From an uncultured Clostridia bacterium (lineage in GTDB: Bacteria > Bacillota > Clostridia > TANB77 > CAG-508), in the NCBI GenBank assembly GCA_947626735.1, contig CANQTK010000006.1:1-54489 (forward strand): 54,489 nucleotides of DNA, read 5' to 3'. Shown in pieces: positions 54,037 to 54,489 of the stretch. Each line of letters opens with the position of its first letter. Positions within the stretch are counted from its first letter, which is position 1. The notes under the pieces were generated by a model, which was not told the DNA's origin, did not search any database, and was given only the letters and a program-made list of their open reading frames with translations. The position numbers were made by a program, and so were the translations under genes.

Positions 54037-54318
54037 AGCATTTTTAGCATTCCATTTTTCAAAGTTATTCACATGATGATCTTTGGTGACTTTGGCTAAA
54101 GTTTTTCTTACCTTTACATATTTTACTTGCAAATTCTTTGCATTAGGATGATAACTATAAAAGGCAACAGAACCTAATAAATTAATATCACGCTCGATGG
54201 TAGTTTTACCTAAGTGAAACTCTTTACTAGCTTCTGCTATCGAATGACCATTGCCTTCTAAAATGTAATCTGCAACTGAAATTGCCCGTGAAAGATTAGA
54301 ATTAGTTTGCCTTGCCAT
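54019..54318 (-). CDS. Small HTH protein resembling SpoIIID; in-frame CGG at codon 11
   Basis: AAGGAGG RBS; RA..VADYI......I.EASKEF.LGKTTIERD resembles the SpoIIID HTH. Confidence 0.55.
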   Translation of the reverse strand: MARQTNSNLSRAISVADYILEGNGHSIAEASKEFHLGKTTIERDINLLGSVAFYSYHPNAKNLQVKYVKVRKTLAKVTKDHHVNNFEKWNAKNAKKATS

Positions 54319-54489
54319 AAATAGAAAATGCCTCCTTATACCATTGTTTAAAAACAATAACAAAATTATTATATCACATTATTACATAATAGTCAAAGGT
54401 AGTGAATTAATGGATAGCATAAATTTTTTGTAGGAGAACTTTTGATAGAAATTTTTAAAATATTTATTTTATTGAATTTTTTGATTCCA

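Overview
A low-GC Bacillota (Clostridia-like) chromosomal segment, coded almost entirely on the + strand. It carries housekeeping genes (eno, dxs, lepA, rlmB, thrS, ileS, queA, tgt, tyrS, rpiA), a tRNA-Gln(CTG), two T-box leaders, ABC transporters, a csoR-copZ-copA copper locus, three type IV pilin-like genes and a family of GGGAC-containing intergenic palindromes. The main observation is that every reading-frame break I found (8 sites in 7 genes) falls at an in-frame CGG codon. Skipping its C restores the +1 frame with a Gly codon (C-GGA seven times, C-GGT once) and gives full-length proteins with intact motifs. In my manual scan no unbroken housekeeping gene used CGG in frame; four accessory/orphan genes do. 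This suggests lineage-wide +1 recoding at CGG, but a systematic sequencing artefact cannot be excluded from one window. Secondary signals are a probable DGR variable region in a pilin-like CLec protein, homogenised pilin 5' cassettes, a hairpin-interrupted tRNA fragment, and a GGGAC hairpin inserted in frame in an ABC gene. All family assignments come from motif recognition, not database searches.
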